DNA from: an uncultured Chloroflexia bacterium
GTDB lineage: Bacteria > Chloroflexota > Limnocylindria > QHBO01
Direction of reading: 5' to 3'
DNA: 64,000 nt
Assembly: GCA_963825525.1 (NCBI GenBank)
Contig: CAWGTN010000002.1
Span: 928,001 to 992,000 of the forward strand
In this document: in pieces, positions 11,904 to 21,308 of the stretch
Layout: the number at the start of each line of letters is the position of its first letter
How positions within the stretch are numbered: the stretch's first letter is position 1
The notes under the pieces: generated by a model
What the model was told of the DNA's origin: nothing
The model's database searches: none
The model's input: the letters and a program-made list of their open reading frames with translations, nothing else
Translations under genes and position numbers: made by a program

Positions 11904-12995
11904 TCAGACGCCGAACAGGTCCGCAAGGAGGGCGGGCGGAGTCTCCTCGAGCTGGTCGTAGCGGCAATCGGCCGGCGACCGATCCGGCCGCCAGCGCTTG
12001 AATGTCGTCGCGTGCCGGAAGCGATCTCGCTGGAGATGGTCGAACGCGACCTCGACCACGAGTTCGGGGCGCACCGGCTCCCAGGACAGATCCTTGCCTC
12101 GGTTCCAGCGCGACTGGGCGCCGGGCAGACGGCGGCCCTGCTCGACGGCCGATGCCTCGGCCAATGCCCAGTCGCGCCACGGGTGGTCCTTCATCCCATC
12201 ACGCCGATACGGCGCAAGGAACTCGACGAGCTCGGCCCGCTTCTCCATCGTGAACGAGGAGGTGACGCCAACCGACTGCAGGTCTCCCGCGTCGTTGTAC
12301 AGGCCGAGCATGAGTGAGCCGATGAGGGTGCCCGGGCCGTTCTTGTGCCATCGAAAGCCGGCGACGACACAGTCCGCCGTTCGGACATGCTTGATCTTCG
12401 CCATGGTTCGCTTGCCCGGCGAATACGGGTCATCGGACTTCTTGGCGATGACCCCGTCGAGGCCCGCGCCCTCGAAGACCTCGAACCAGTGCCGTGCGAC
12501 CGCCGGATCAGTGGACGAGGGGGTCAGCCGAACGGACTCCGGAAGGCCCGTGGCGATGCGCGCGAGCCGCGTGCGGCGCTCGGCGAATGGCCGCGCCATC
12601 GCGTCACCGTCGCCATCGGCAAGGCAGTCGAAGGCCACAAATGATGCGGGCGCCTCCTCGGCCAGCATCTTCACCCGCGACGCCGCGGGATGGATGCGGA
12701 GGAGGAGCGCGTCGAAATCGAGGCCGGTCTCAGGACGAGCGATGACGATCTCGCCGTCGAGCACGAACCGGGCATCGGCCCCGCCGATGGCGCGCATCGG
12801 CGCTTCGAGCTCCGGAAAGTAGCGGTTGAGCGGCTTGAGGTCCCGCGACTGGATGTACACCTCCGAGCCATCTCGGAACACGAGGGCCCGGAAGCCGTCC
12901 CATTTCGGCTCATAGATCCATTCGTCGCCCTCGGGTATGGCTGCCGCCGGCTTCGCGAGCATGGGCGCGATGGGCGGTTCGAGGGGAAAGGCCAT
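11904..12995 (-). CDS. ligC: ATP-dependent DNA ligase, LigC type
   Basis: PMLAK, YEPKWDGFR (adenylated Lys), LDGEIV, GLDGVIAK, KIKHVRTADCVV, RFRH...WRPDR. Confidence 0.9.
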   Translation of the reverse strand: MAFPLEPPIAPMLAKPAAAIPEGDEWIYEPKWDGFRALVFRDGSEVYIQSRDLKPLNRYFPELEAPMRAIGGADARFVLDGEIVIARPETGLDFDALLLRIHPAASRVKMLAEEAPASFVAFDCLADGDGDAMARPFAERRTRLARIATGLPESVRLTPSSTDPAVARHWFEVFEGAGLDGVIAKKSDDPYSPGKRTMAKIKHVRTADCVVAGFRWHKNGPGTLIGSLMLGLYNDAGDLQSVGVTSSFTMEKRAELVEFLAPYRRDGMKDHPWRDWALAEASAVEQGRRLPGAQSRWNRGKDLSWEPVRPELVVEVAFDHLQRDRFRHATTFKRWRPDRSPADCRYDQLEETPPALLADLFGV

Positions 12996-13034
12996 GGCGC
13001 CGATGATACGGCCCGGCATGGCATCATCCACGAC

Positions 13035-13817
13035 GTGCGTGACCTCGGGCGACGACTGCTCATCGGACTGGCCGTGCTCGCCGCCGGGACGATGGCGGTC
13101 GGCTACGCGTTCATCTTCAGCGGGATCGCAACGCCGCCGGGTGGCGACCTCGGCGTCGTCCAGGTCCCCGACCCCGGCGAGGCGACCGCCGTGCTGCTCG
13201 ACGATGGGCGCCCGGTCTTCGTTGTCAGGGACGCCGGCGCGCGGCCATGGGTGTTCGACGCGGAGGCGCCGGCTGGTCGTGGGCGCCTTCGCTCGCTCGT
13301 TGCATGGTGCCCGACCAACCAGACGTTCAGCGACCCGTTGTCCGGATCGGTGTACGCCGCCGACGGCCGGTTGATCGACGGCTCCGGCACGACCGGGCTG
13401 CTGGAGTACGCCAAGCGGTCCGAGGTCGTAGACCATCCGACCTCGTTCATCGTGCAGCCGGAGACCCAGGCCCGCGGCGTGCGCCGCGACGGGGTCAAGC
13501 CGGCCCTGACGTGTCCCGAGGACGGCTGGATCACCCACCGCCCCGAGGGCGGCGAGACCTTCGACCCGTCCGTTGCCGCGGACCAGGAGCCGCCGGGATG
13601 GACGTGGCTCGAGGGATCCCTGCAGGTGGTGGATGGCGAGGTGCGACTGTGCGACGGCCTCGATGGGGCGTGCCACCGATCCGCGTCGGTGGTCGGCATC
13701 GATCCTGCCTCGGTCGCGAGCGGTGACCGCTTCAGCGTGGGCCTCTATTTCGGCCGTGTCCACGATGGCGACATCGAGGGACTGGCCTGGGTCCCAATAT
13801 ACGAGGAGGGTTCGTGA
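13035..13817 (+). CDS. Membrane-anchored protein with a degenerate (ligand-less) Rieske-like domain
   Basis: N-terminal TM helix; VAWCPTNQTFSDPLSGSVYAADGRLIDGSGTTGLLEY resembles the Rieske C-terminal box; stop overlaps the next start (GTGA). Confidence 0.6.
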   Translation: MRDLGRRLLIGLAVLAAGTMAVGYAFIFSGIATPPGGDLGVVQVPDPGEATAVLLDDGRPVFVVRDAGARPWVFDAEAPAGRGRLRSLVAWCPTNQTFSDPLSGSVYAADGRLIDGSGTTGLLEYAKRSEVVDHPTSFIVQPETQARGVRRDGVKPALTCPEDGWITHRPEGGETFDPSVAADQEPPGWTWLEGSLQVVDGEVRLCDGLDGACHRSASVVGIDPASVASGDRFSVGLYFGRVHDGDIEGLAWVPIYEEGS

Positions 13818-15319
13818 GCATCAGCATTCAGTTCCTTGGCGCCGCTGGCGGCGTCACCGGTTCCCAGTTCCTCGTCACCGCCGGAGAGCGACGCATCCTG
13901 GTCGACTGCGGGATGTTCCAGGGCTCCCCGGAGGAGGTGGAACGCAATCGGATGCCGTTCGCGTTCGAGCCCGACATCCTCGACGCCGTCATCCTGACCC
14001 ACGCCCACCTCGACCATTGCGGGCGGCTGCCGGCCCTCGTCAAGGCTGGCTACCACGGGCCGATTCACGCCACGCGCGCAACCGTTGACCTCGCGGAGAT
14101 CGTGCTCCGCGACTCGGCCAAGCTCCAGGTCGAGTTCACGAACCGGTGGAACCGGCGACAGGCGAAGCGTGCCAGCGAGGAGGCGGCCGCGGTCGAATCG
14201 GAGGCCGAGGCCCGAGAGGTCGACGACGAGTCACTCCCCGAGCGCATGCGCAGCGCGCCGCCCGAGGGCCGAACGGAGACGCGCGAGGCTCTGTACGACG
14301 AACATGACGTCGACGCCACGATGGAGCTGTTCGTGGGGTCCGACTACACCACCGAGATCGCCGTGACCGACGGTGTCAGCGCCATGCTCCACGACGCCGG
14401 CCACATCCTGGGTTCCGCGATCGTGGAGCTGCGGGTCAGCGACGGCGAGACGGACCGCATGATCGTCTTCTCCGGGGACCTCGGGCGGGACGGGTCGCCG
14501 ATCCTCCGAGACCCGACGCCGATCACCCATGCGGACCACGTGGTCGTGGAGTCGACCTACGGCAACCGGGAGCACGCCCCGCACGACGAGGCGATCGATG
14601 AGCTGGTCGCGGCGATCTCCGAGGTGAGCGAGGACCGCGGCGTGCTGCTGGTTCCGGCGTTCGCCATCGGTCGCACCCAGGAGATCATCTGGGTGCTGGA
14701 TGAGCTCGTTCGCGACGGGCGCATTCCGCGAGTGCCCCTCTACCTCGACTCACCGATGGCATCCCGGGCAACCACCGTCTACCTGGACCATCCCGAGACC
14801 TACGACGAAGAGACCGCACAGCTCTTGCGCTCGGGGGAGTCGCCGCTGGCCTATCCGGGACAGCAGTTCACCGATTCGGTCGAGGAGTCGAAGGCCATCC
14901 GAACGGCCGACCGTCCGATCATGGTCGTGGCGTCGTCCGGCATGCTCACCGGCGGCCGGATCATGCACCACCTCAAGGATTTCCTCCCAGATCCGCGCTG
15001 CACGCTGCTGTTCATCGGCTATCAGGGCCAGGGCACGCTGGGCCGACACCTCCAGGACGGTGGGAAATCCGCGCGGATCGACGGACAGGAGGTCGACGTG
15101 CGCTGCCGCGTCCGATCCATCTCCGGATTCTCCGCCCACGCGGACCAGGAGGAGCTCGAGGCCTGGCTCGGCCACTTCGCCGCCAAGGGGAAGCCGAAGA
15201 CGGTGTTCATCGTCCATGGCGATCCGGATGCGGCAGAGGCGTTCGCCGCGCGGATTCGGACCGAGATGGGTCTCGACGCCGTGATCCCGAAGCACCGGCA
15301 GACGATCACGCTCACCTGA
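13814..15319 (+). CDS. MBL-fold beta-CASP ribonuclease (TTHA0252/Ysh1-like)
   Basis: GVTGS, THAHLDHCG (HxHxDH), AGHILGS, FSGDLG, ESTYG, FSAHAD, VHGD. Confidence 0.92.
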   Translation: MSISIQFLGAAGGVTGSQFLVTAGERRILVDCGMFQGSPEEVERNRMPFAFEPDILDAVILTHAHLDHCGRLPALVKAGYHGPIHATRATVDLAEIVLRDSAKLQVEFTNRWNRRQAKRASEEAAAVESEAEAREVDDESLPERMRSAPPEGRTETREALYDEHDVDATMELFVGSDYTTEIAVTDGVSAMLHDAGHILGSAIVELRVSDGETDRMIVFSGDLGRDGSPILRDPTPITHADHVVVESTYGNREHAPHDEAIDELVAAISEVSEDRGVLLVPAFAIGRTQEIIWVLDELVRDGRIPRVPLYLDSPMASRATTVYLDHPETYDEETAQLLRSGESPLAYPGQQFTDSVEESKAIRTADRPIMVVASSGMLTGGRIMHHLKDFLPDPRCTLLFIGYQGQGTLGRHLQDGGKSARIDGQEVDVRCRVRSISGFSAHADQEELEAWLGHFAAKGKPKTVFIVHGDPDAAEAFAARIRTEMGLDAVIPKHRQTITLT

Positions 15320-15369
15320 GCCTCGGTAAGCCAGGGGTGAGCGGCTGCTAACCCGCCGTCGCTATGTTG

Positions 15370-15396
15370 CCGGTGTGCAAGTCTCTTGCACACCGG
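15370..15396. other. Perfect 12-bp inverted repeat (hairpin or operator)
   Basis: CCGGTGTGCAAG-TCT-CTTGCACACCGG in the intergenic region; no U-tract. Confidence 0.7.
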
Positions 15397-15428
15397 ACTC
15401 ATTCGCGCTGCCCGCTAGCATTGTGCGC

Positions 15429-16260
15429 ATGCCCACCGAGCGACCACCGTTCATCTCGTTCCTGACCGACTTCGGCCTCGACGGCGCGGCCGCGACCTGC
15501 CGCGGCGTCATGCTCGATATCTGCCCCACCGCCCGGGTCGTCGATGTGTCGCACACCGTGTCCAAGTACGCGATCAGCGACGGAGCCATGATCCTGCGGG
15601 CCGCGCTGCCGTTCATGCCGGTCGGCATCCACGTTGCCGTCGTCGATCCGGGCGTCGGCACGGAACGCCGGCCGATCGGCATCCAGACCGAGCGAGGTGA
15701 CGTCCTCATCGGTCCGGATAACGGGCTGCTCCAGCTCGCCGCCGATGCGCTGGGTGGCGCAACCGCCGTCCGTGAGCTGGCCAACCGAACGTGGTGGCTG
15801 CCCGCCACCACCGCCACCTTCCATGGCCGCGACATCTTCTCGCCCGTGGCAGCTCACCTTGCCGCAGGCAACGCAACGTTCGGAGACGTCGGCGCCGAGA
15901 TCGACTCTCGCGGACCTTGTTCCGCTCGCGCTTCCGGCCCCTCACATCGTGGACGGCGCGCTCGAGACCGAGATCTCGTACGTCGACAGCTTCGGAAATG
16001 TCCGGTTGGCCGCTCGAGCGGATGCCCTGGCGGCGGCATTCGGCGGCTCGGGCGGCATCGGCACGCTCCGAGCCCGCATCGGGCAGATGTCCCTGGATGA
16101 CGTGACGTTCGCGCCGAGCTTCGGCCACGTCGCCCGCGGAGCGACGCTCCTCTATGTCGATTCGACCGGCGACCTTGCCCTCGCCGATAACCAGGCGAAC
16201 CTGGCCGAACGCATCGCCGCCAAGCGCGGAATCGGGGTGCGCCTGGAACGCGGGGATTGA
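15429..16260 (+). CDS. SAM hydroxide adenosyltransferase (DUF62 family); frameshift near 15905
   Basis: FLTDFG, VAVVDPGVGTERR, GPDNG, TFHGRDIF, YVDSFGN. Confidence 0.88.
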
Positions 16261-16322
16261 GTCCAGCGCACGAGGAAGTACACTCGGCGCGTTCAGCACC
16301 ACGCACCGGAGCGCACGACGAC

Positions 16323-17264
16323 ATGCCCAGGGTTTTCCGAGCGGCCACCATTGCTGCGATCGCCGCACTCACCGTCGCTTGCACCAGCGGCACAACCACC
16401 AGCGGCGGAGCGAGTTCCCCGAGCGCGGCGAGCACGCCCACCATGGCGCCGTCGGAATCGGCGGTGGCCGATACCTGCTCGCCCGAATCCCTCGATACCA
16501 AGACCGCCGGACGCCTGACGATCGGCACCGACAACCCCGCCTTCCCACCCTACTGGGATCCCCCGGCTGACGGCGAGACGGCGACCGACCCCTGGGAGCT
16601 GGGCGACCCGACGAACAAGCGCGGGTTCGAAGGCGCCGTGGCGTGGGCCGTTGCCGAGCAGCTCGGCTACGGTGACGAGGCCGTGGACTTCATCGCCGTG
16701 CCGTTCGACAACTCGTATGCCCCGGGCGAGAAGGACTTCGACTTCTACCTGGCGCAGGTCAGCTTCTCCGAGGAGCGAGCCACCGCCGTCGACATGAGCG
16801 ACGGGTACTACTTCTCGAACCAGTCGCTCGTGGCAAATGCCGGTACGCCGATCACGGAGGCCTCCTCATTGGCGGACGTGGCGGACTTCCGGCTCGGCGT
16901 GCAGATCGGAACGACGAGCCTCTCGTACATCGAGGAGCAGATTCAGCCGACCACCGAGGCGTCGGTGTACAACTCCAACGACGCGGCGATCGCGGCACTG
17001 AATGCCGGCCAGGTCGACGGAATCGTGGTCGACCTGCCGACGGCCTTCTTCGTCACGGCAGTCCAGATGGACGATGGCGTGGTGGTCGGCCAGTTCCCTG
17101 CGGCCGGCGACGAGCAGGAGCACTTCAGCCTGGTCCTCGAGCAGGACAGCCCGCTGACCGAGTGCGTCAACGAGGCCATCGCCGCGCTCGACGAGAGCGG
17201 CGAGCTGGAGCAGATCACCAACGAGTGGCTGTCCGAGGCCGTCGACGTACCGGTGCTCGAATAG
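16323..17264 (+). CDS. Amino acid ABC transporter substrate-binding lipoprotein
   Basis: Lipobox-like LTVAC; LTIGTDNPAFPP, GVQIGTT, DGIVVDLP. Confidence 0.9.
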   Translation: MPRVFRAATIAAIAALTVACTSGTTTSGGASSPSAASTPTMAPSESAVADTCSPESLDTKTAGRLTIGTDNPAFPPYWDPPADGETATDPWELGDPTNKRGFEGAVAWAVAEQLGYGDEAVDFIAVPFDNSYAPGEKDFDFYLAQVSFSEERATAVDMSDGYYFSNQSLVANAGTPITEASSLADVADFRLGVQIGTTSLSYIEEQIQPTTEASVYNSNDAAIAALNAGQVDGIVVDLPTAFFVTAVQMDDGVVVGQFPAAGDEQEHFSLVLEQDSPLTECVNEAIAALDESGELEQITNEWLSEAVDVPVLE

Positions 17265-17280
17265 TCGCAGGTAGACGCTC

Positions 17281-18147
17281 ATGGCGCGCCTGACGGTCGG
17301 TGGGTCCGGCCGTCGGGCCGTGGTCATCGCGCTCGCCAGCACGGTCGTCCTTTTCGGCCTGCTGGTCTTCGTGGTGGTCAACGCTCCCGGCTGGGAGCGG
17401 GTCCAGGCCTCGTTCTTCGACTGGGAGAACTTCGGCGAATCGGCGCCGAAGATCGTCGCCAAGTTCGAGGTCAATATCCGGCTCTTTCTCATCGCCGAGG
17501 TCCTCATCCTGGGCCTGGGCCTGGTCCTTGCCGTGCTCCGCGGCCTGCCCGGCCCGGTCTTCTTCCCCGTTCGGCTCCTGGCCACGGTCTACACCGACCT
17601 GTTCCGCGCCCTGCCGGGCGTGCTCGTGATCTACGTGCTCGGATTCGGCATTCCCGGGCTGCGGCTGCCGGGCGTCCCGAACGACCCGTTCCTGTGGGGC
17701 GTCGTGGCGCTCACCCTCGTGTACTCGGCCTACGTGTCCGAGGTGTACCGCGCCGGCATCGACTCGGTGCACCCCAGCCAGGCGGCGGCGGCCCGATCTC
17801 TCGGCATGACCCAGGGGCAGGCACTGCGATTCGTCGTCCTTCCCCAGGCCGTTCGGCGCGTGATCCCGCCCCTGCTCAATGACTTCATCGGCCTGCAGAA
17901 GGACACCGTGCTCGTCTCCTTCATCGGGGTGGTGGAGGTCTTCCGGCAGTCGCAGATCCGCCAGTCGGCCACCTTCAACTTCACCCCGTATCTCGTGACC
18001 GCCCTCGTCTTCCTGCTCGTCACCATCCCGCTGGCCCGGATCACGGACTGGCTCGTCTCGCGTGAGCGAGATCGGCGCTATGCGACTGCGGTGCGCAGCG
18101 CAGGTCGCGCGGGACGGCGCGGCCGATTGCTCGGGATGGGCCGATGA
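17281..18147 (+). CDS. Amino acid ABC transporter permease
   Basis: YSAYVSEVYRAGIDSV..QAAAARSLG (EAA loop), LPQAVRRVIPPL. Confidence 0.92.
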   Translation: MARLTVGGSGRRAVVIALASTVVLFGLLVFVVVNAPGWERVQASFFDWENFGESAPKIVAKFEVNIRLFLIAEVLILGLGLVLAVLRGLPGPVFFPVRLLATVYTDLFRALPGVLVIYVLGFGIPGLRLPGVPNDPFLWGVVALTLVYSAYVSEVYRAGIDSVHPSQAAAARSLGMTQGQALRFVVLPQAVRRVIPPLLNDFIGLQKDTVLVSFIGVVEVFRQSQIRQSATFNFTPYLVTALVFLLVTIPLARITDWLVSRERDRRYATAVRSAGRAGRRGRLLGMGR

Positions 18148-18902
18148 CAGCCACCGCCGCTCCCCCGCTCCACATCGAGGGGCTGCACAAGTCGTTCGGC
18201 GACCTCGAGGTCCTCAAGGGGATCGATCTCGACGTGGCCGAGCATGAGGTCGTGTGCCTCATCGGCGCGTCCGGCTCCGGAAAGTCGACCCTGCTGCGCT
18301 GCATCAACCTCATCGAGCCGATCGACGGAGGGCGGGTCGTGGTCAACGGCGAGGAGATCACCGCGCAGGGCGTGGACGTCGACCGCATCCGGCGCCACAT
18401 CGGGATCGTGTTCCAGGCCTTCAACCTGTTCCCGCACATGACGGTGCTCGACAACGTGACGCTCGCGCCGCGGCGCGTCCTGCGCCTCGATCGCCGGGTG
18501 GCGGAAGAGCGTGCCACCGAGCTGCTCGAGCGATTTGGCCTGGCCGACAAGCGGCTCGACTACCCCGATCGCCTGTCGGGGGGCCAGCAACAGCGCGTGG
18601 CGATTGTGCGGGCGCTTGCCATGGATCCGCGCCTCCTCCTGCTTGATGAGGTCACGAGCGCCCTCGACCCCGAGCTGATCGCCGAAGTGCTCTCGGTGAT
18701 CCGTGAGCTGGCGGCCGATGGGATGACCATGATCATCGCGACCCACGAGATGGGCTTCGCTCGCGACATCGCCAACCGGGTCGTCTTCCTCGACGACGGC
18801 CAGATCCTCGAGGAAGGGCCACCGGACCGCATCTTCCGAGAGCCGCGCGAGGCTCGCACGCGCGAGTTCCTGCAGCGGATCATCGAGGCCGGCCGCCTGT
18901 AG
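18144..18902 (+). CDS. Amino acid ABC transporter ATP-binding protein (GlnQ-like)
   Basis: GASGSGKST, LSGGQQQR, LLLDEVTSALDPE. Confidence 0.94.
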   Translation: MTATAAPPLHIEGLHKSFGDLEVLKGIDLDVAEHEVVCLIGASGSGKSTLLRCINLIEPIDGGRVVVNGEEITAQGVDVDRIRRHIGIVFQAFNLFPHMTVLDNVTLAPRRVLRLDRRVAEERATELLERFGLADKRLDYPDRLSGGQQQRVAIVRALAMDPRLLLLDEVTSALDPELIAEVLSVIRELAADGMTMIIATHEMGFARDIANRVVFLDDGQILEEGPPDRIFREPREARTREFLQRIIEAGRL

Positions 18903-18920
18903 CCGGTCACCCACCACCCC

Positions 18921-18971
18921 CGTGGACGACCGGTGGATAACCGCCGGTACAGCCTCCAAGGTTGTGGAAAA
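18921..18971 (-). promoter_or_regulatory. Cluster of DnaA-box-like 9-mers
   Basis: Reverse strand: TTTTCCACA (18963-18971, fits TTWTNCACA), TTATCCACC (18932-18940), TCGTCCACG (18921-18929). Confidence 0.5.
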
Positions 18972-19113
18972 ACCCCCTTGGCAGTCGGTGCTGATGACCG
19001 TACTGTGGTTCTTGTCCCGGAGGAGTCCGTGGACCCGGAGATTGCATCAAAGGGTCTCGTGGTTCCTTCGGGACACTTCTGTGCCCGGCGGACTTCCACC
19101 TGACGGAGGGAAG

Positions 19114-20148
19114 GTGAACGACGCGCCGTATCCCCCGCTCCGACCGCAGCACCCGGTGCGGGCGCACCGCCGTGATCGGAACCGGTGGCCGATGGTCGTG
19201 GGCATCATCCTGCTCGCCTTCCTGGCGACCGTACTCGCCGTCCTGCTGCTGGGGGGAACCGGCGAGGACCCGGGAGTCGGTGCTGTCAGCTCGAGCCCGC
19301 CGGCATCCACGAATGCCTCAGCGACCGCCGGCCCGTCGACCGACACCCCATCGATCGCCCCCAGTGCCGACGCGAGCGAGTCTCCGGCCCCCAGCGGGAT
19401 TGCGGTCGACTCGCTGGTCGAGACGACCGTCGAGAACCTTTCGGTGCGGAGAGCCCCATCAACGGGCGCCGAGCGGCTCGGGAGCCTGGGTCTCGGGACC
19501 GTCGGGTACGTCGTCGACGGGCCGGTCGACGCCGACGGATTCAGCTGGTACGCGGTCTCGGCGCTCGGACTGCCGCCCAATTCGGGCTGCATCACACCCA
19601 TCGAGACGGATCCGTACGGGTGCCCGGTGTGGTTCGGCTGGCTTGCCGGCCGTGCGTCCAACGGCGACCCGTGGCTGGAGCCGCACGCCATCGAGTGTCC
19701 GATCGCGCCGCTCGACGCCGAGCGCCTGATCCTGGCTCGCTCGGACATCGAGCGTCTCGCGTGTTTCGATTCCGAGTCGATCACCTTCCGCGCGTTCTGG
19801 CCCGAAATCCCTGACGACGCCGGCCTCGGCGGCGCCTGCGCGGCAGCATCCGCACCGAGCGGGTGGCTCTATTGCCAGAACATCAACATCGACTACGTCA
19901 CGCTCAACGAGGGCGAGGGCTTCGGAGGCGTGGGCGTTGCCCTATCCATCGACCCGGCGTCCAACGTGGTGATGCCTCCGCGCGGCACCTGGATCGAGCT
20001 CACGGTCCACCTCGACGATCCGGCGGCCGATGGCTGCGCGGACGCCGCCGACATGGCGGGTGACGAATACCGTGAGCTCGCCCAGGTCATCCTCGACTGC
20101 CGAGCCGAAATGGTGGTCGAGACGGTCTTGGCGGTCGCGGGACCATAG
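19114..20148 (+). CDS. Membrane-anchored hypothetical protein with SH3b-like domain and 8 Cys
   Basis: GGAGGG RBS, TM helix, Ser/Pro/Ala linker, NLSVRRAPS...VVDGPVDADGFSWY (SH3b-like). Confidence 0.7.
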   Translation: MNDAPYPPLRPQHPVRAHRRDRNRWPMVVGIILLAFLATVLAVLLLGGTGEDPGVGAVSSSPPASTNASATAGPSTDTPSIAPSADASESPAPSGIAVDSLVETTVENLSVRRAPSTGAERLGSLGLGTVGYVVDGPVDADGFSWYAVSALGLPPNSGCITPIETDPYGCPVWFGWLAGRASNGDPWLEPHAIECPIAPLDAERLILARSDIERLACFDSESITFRAFWPEIPDDAGLGGACAAASAPSGWLYCQNINIDYVTLNEGEGFGGVGVALSIDPASNVVMPPRGTWIELTVHLDDPAADGCADAADMAGDEYRELAQVILDCRAEMVVETVLAVAGP

Positions 20149-21095
20149 CTGCGCCGTCGGCCGGCGATCGCGCCCCGATGCCCTGCGCCGCGTGCCCGGC
20201 ATGGACTCCCGCGTCGGCCGGGACTTGGCCGCGAATGACCAACACGGACTGGTCAGCCTTGACGACGAGCTGGTGTGCCACGCTCCCGAGGAACAGTCGC
20301 TGGACATCGCCGAGGCCGCGCGATGCGACGATGATGAGGTCGCACCCATGGTCATCGGCGGCGTGAATGATTTCCTCGGCGGGATCGCCGGTGCGCGACA
20401 CGGTCGCGCCAACACGCCAGCCGGCCGCTCGCAGTCGCTTGGCAACCCGCTCGGTCGCTGCCCCATGGTCAGCCGCCCCGCGGCTCCGCGCCGGGACGGG
20501 CTCCGACCACGGGGTGATGAAGGATTGGTCGGACGACGGTGGCCGGGACACCGTCACCAGGTCCACCGGGAGACGACGGAACCCGGGCCAATGCCCGACG
20601 ATGCGGGGAATGGTCTCAGCTGCCGGTGATCCATCGGTCGCGAGCAGCAGCCGCGTCACCTCGGGGTACCTGGCGACCAGGACCGGACACGGCGCGTGAT
20701 CGGCGACCTCCCCTGACACCGAGCCGAGCAGCACGCTCGCGGTCGGGCCGCGACCCCGGTTGCCGACCACGATGAGATCAGCAGCGACAGATCGCGCCAT
20801 GTCGATCAGCGCGGCAGCCGGTCGGTTCGACTCGATGTGCGAGAAGACGATCAGGCCCGGAGCGGCGCAGAACGTTCGCGATGTCGTCGAGCGTCCGGTT
20901 CAGTGCCCGCTGTGTGGCGGGATCCTCGCCAGGAAACCACTCCCCACCTGGGACGTGAGCAGCCCACTCGGTGGGTCGCTCGTGAGCCCACACCAGGTGG
21001 ATGTCTGTCGGCTGCGGCCAGGTCATGCCGGCTACGAGCTCGGCAGCAACGAGCGAATGCGGGGAACAGTCGACGCCGATCACGATCCGGGTCAT
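20087..21095 (-). CDS. Tandem universal stress protein (UspA x2); frameshifted
   Basis: RIVIGVDCSPHS; DLIVVGNRGRG...LLGSVS; LLLATDGS; DLIIVASRGLG...LGSVA. Confidence 0.88.
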
Positions 21096-21257
21096 CGGTG
21101 TGTTCCTCACGCATGGGTTGGGACGGCGGCCGGGAGCGGGCGAAGCGACTCGGGCGCCACCACCTCGGCGACGAGGCCGGTGCGCCTCACCCGCTCCCGA
21201 CTCTCATCCTCGCGCGCGACGGCGGTGCGGCCCAGATACCGACGGACCGCTGGGAGG

Positions 21258-21271
21258 GGGCCATTCGGCTC
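21258..21271. promoter_or_regulatory. DosR-type box upstream of the USP gene
   Basis: GGGCC-ATTC-GGCTC. Confidence 0.6.
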
Positions 21272-21308
21272 ATGTCCGGCATGTCATGAACCGCCCAGGC
21301 GTAGCGAG

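Noticed and set aside
7685-12995. Complete Ku-LigD NHEJ system
   Set aside because: No Ku or phosphoesterase domain in the window; the ligase is LigC-type.
15320-15428. SAM or SAH riboswitch upstream of the SAM hydrolase
   Set aside because: I could not match conserved SAM-I/II/IV or SAH consensus elements, and the gene appears leaderless.
15429-16260. Fluorinase or chlorinase
   Set aside because: The Asp-Arg-His residues of hydroxide-using DUF62 enzymes are present (DPGVGTERR, TFHGRD), and there is no halometabolite gene cluster.
18905-19035. Chromosomal origin oriC
   Set aside because: Only about three boxes, no AT-rich unwinding element, and no dnaA/dnaN/rpmH nearby.
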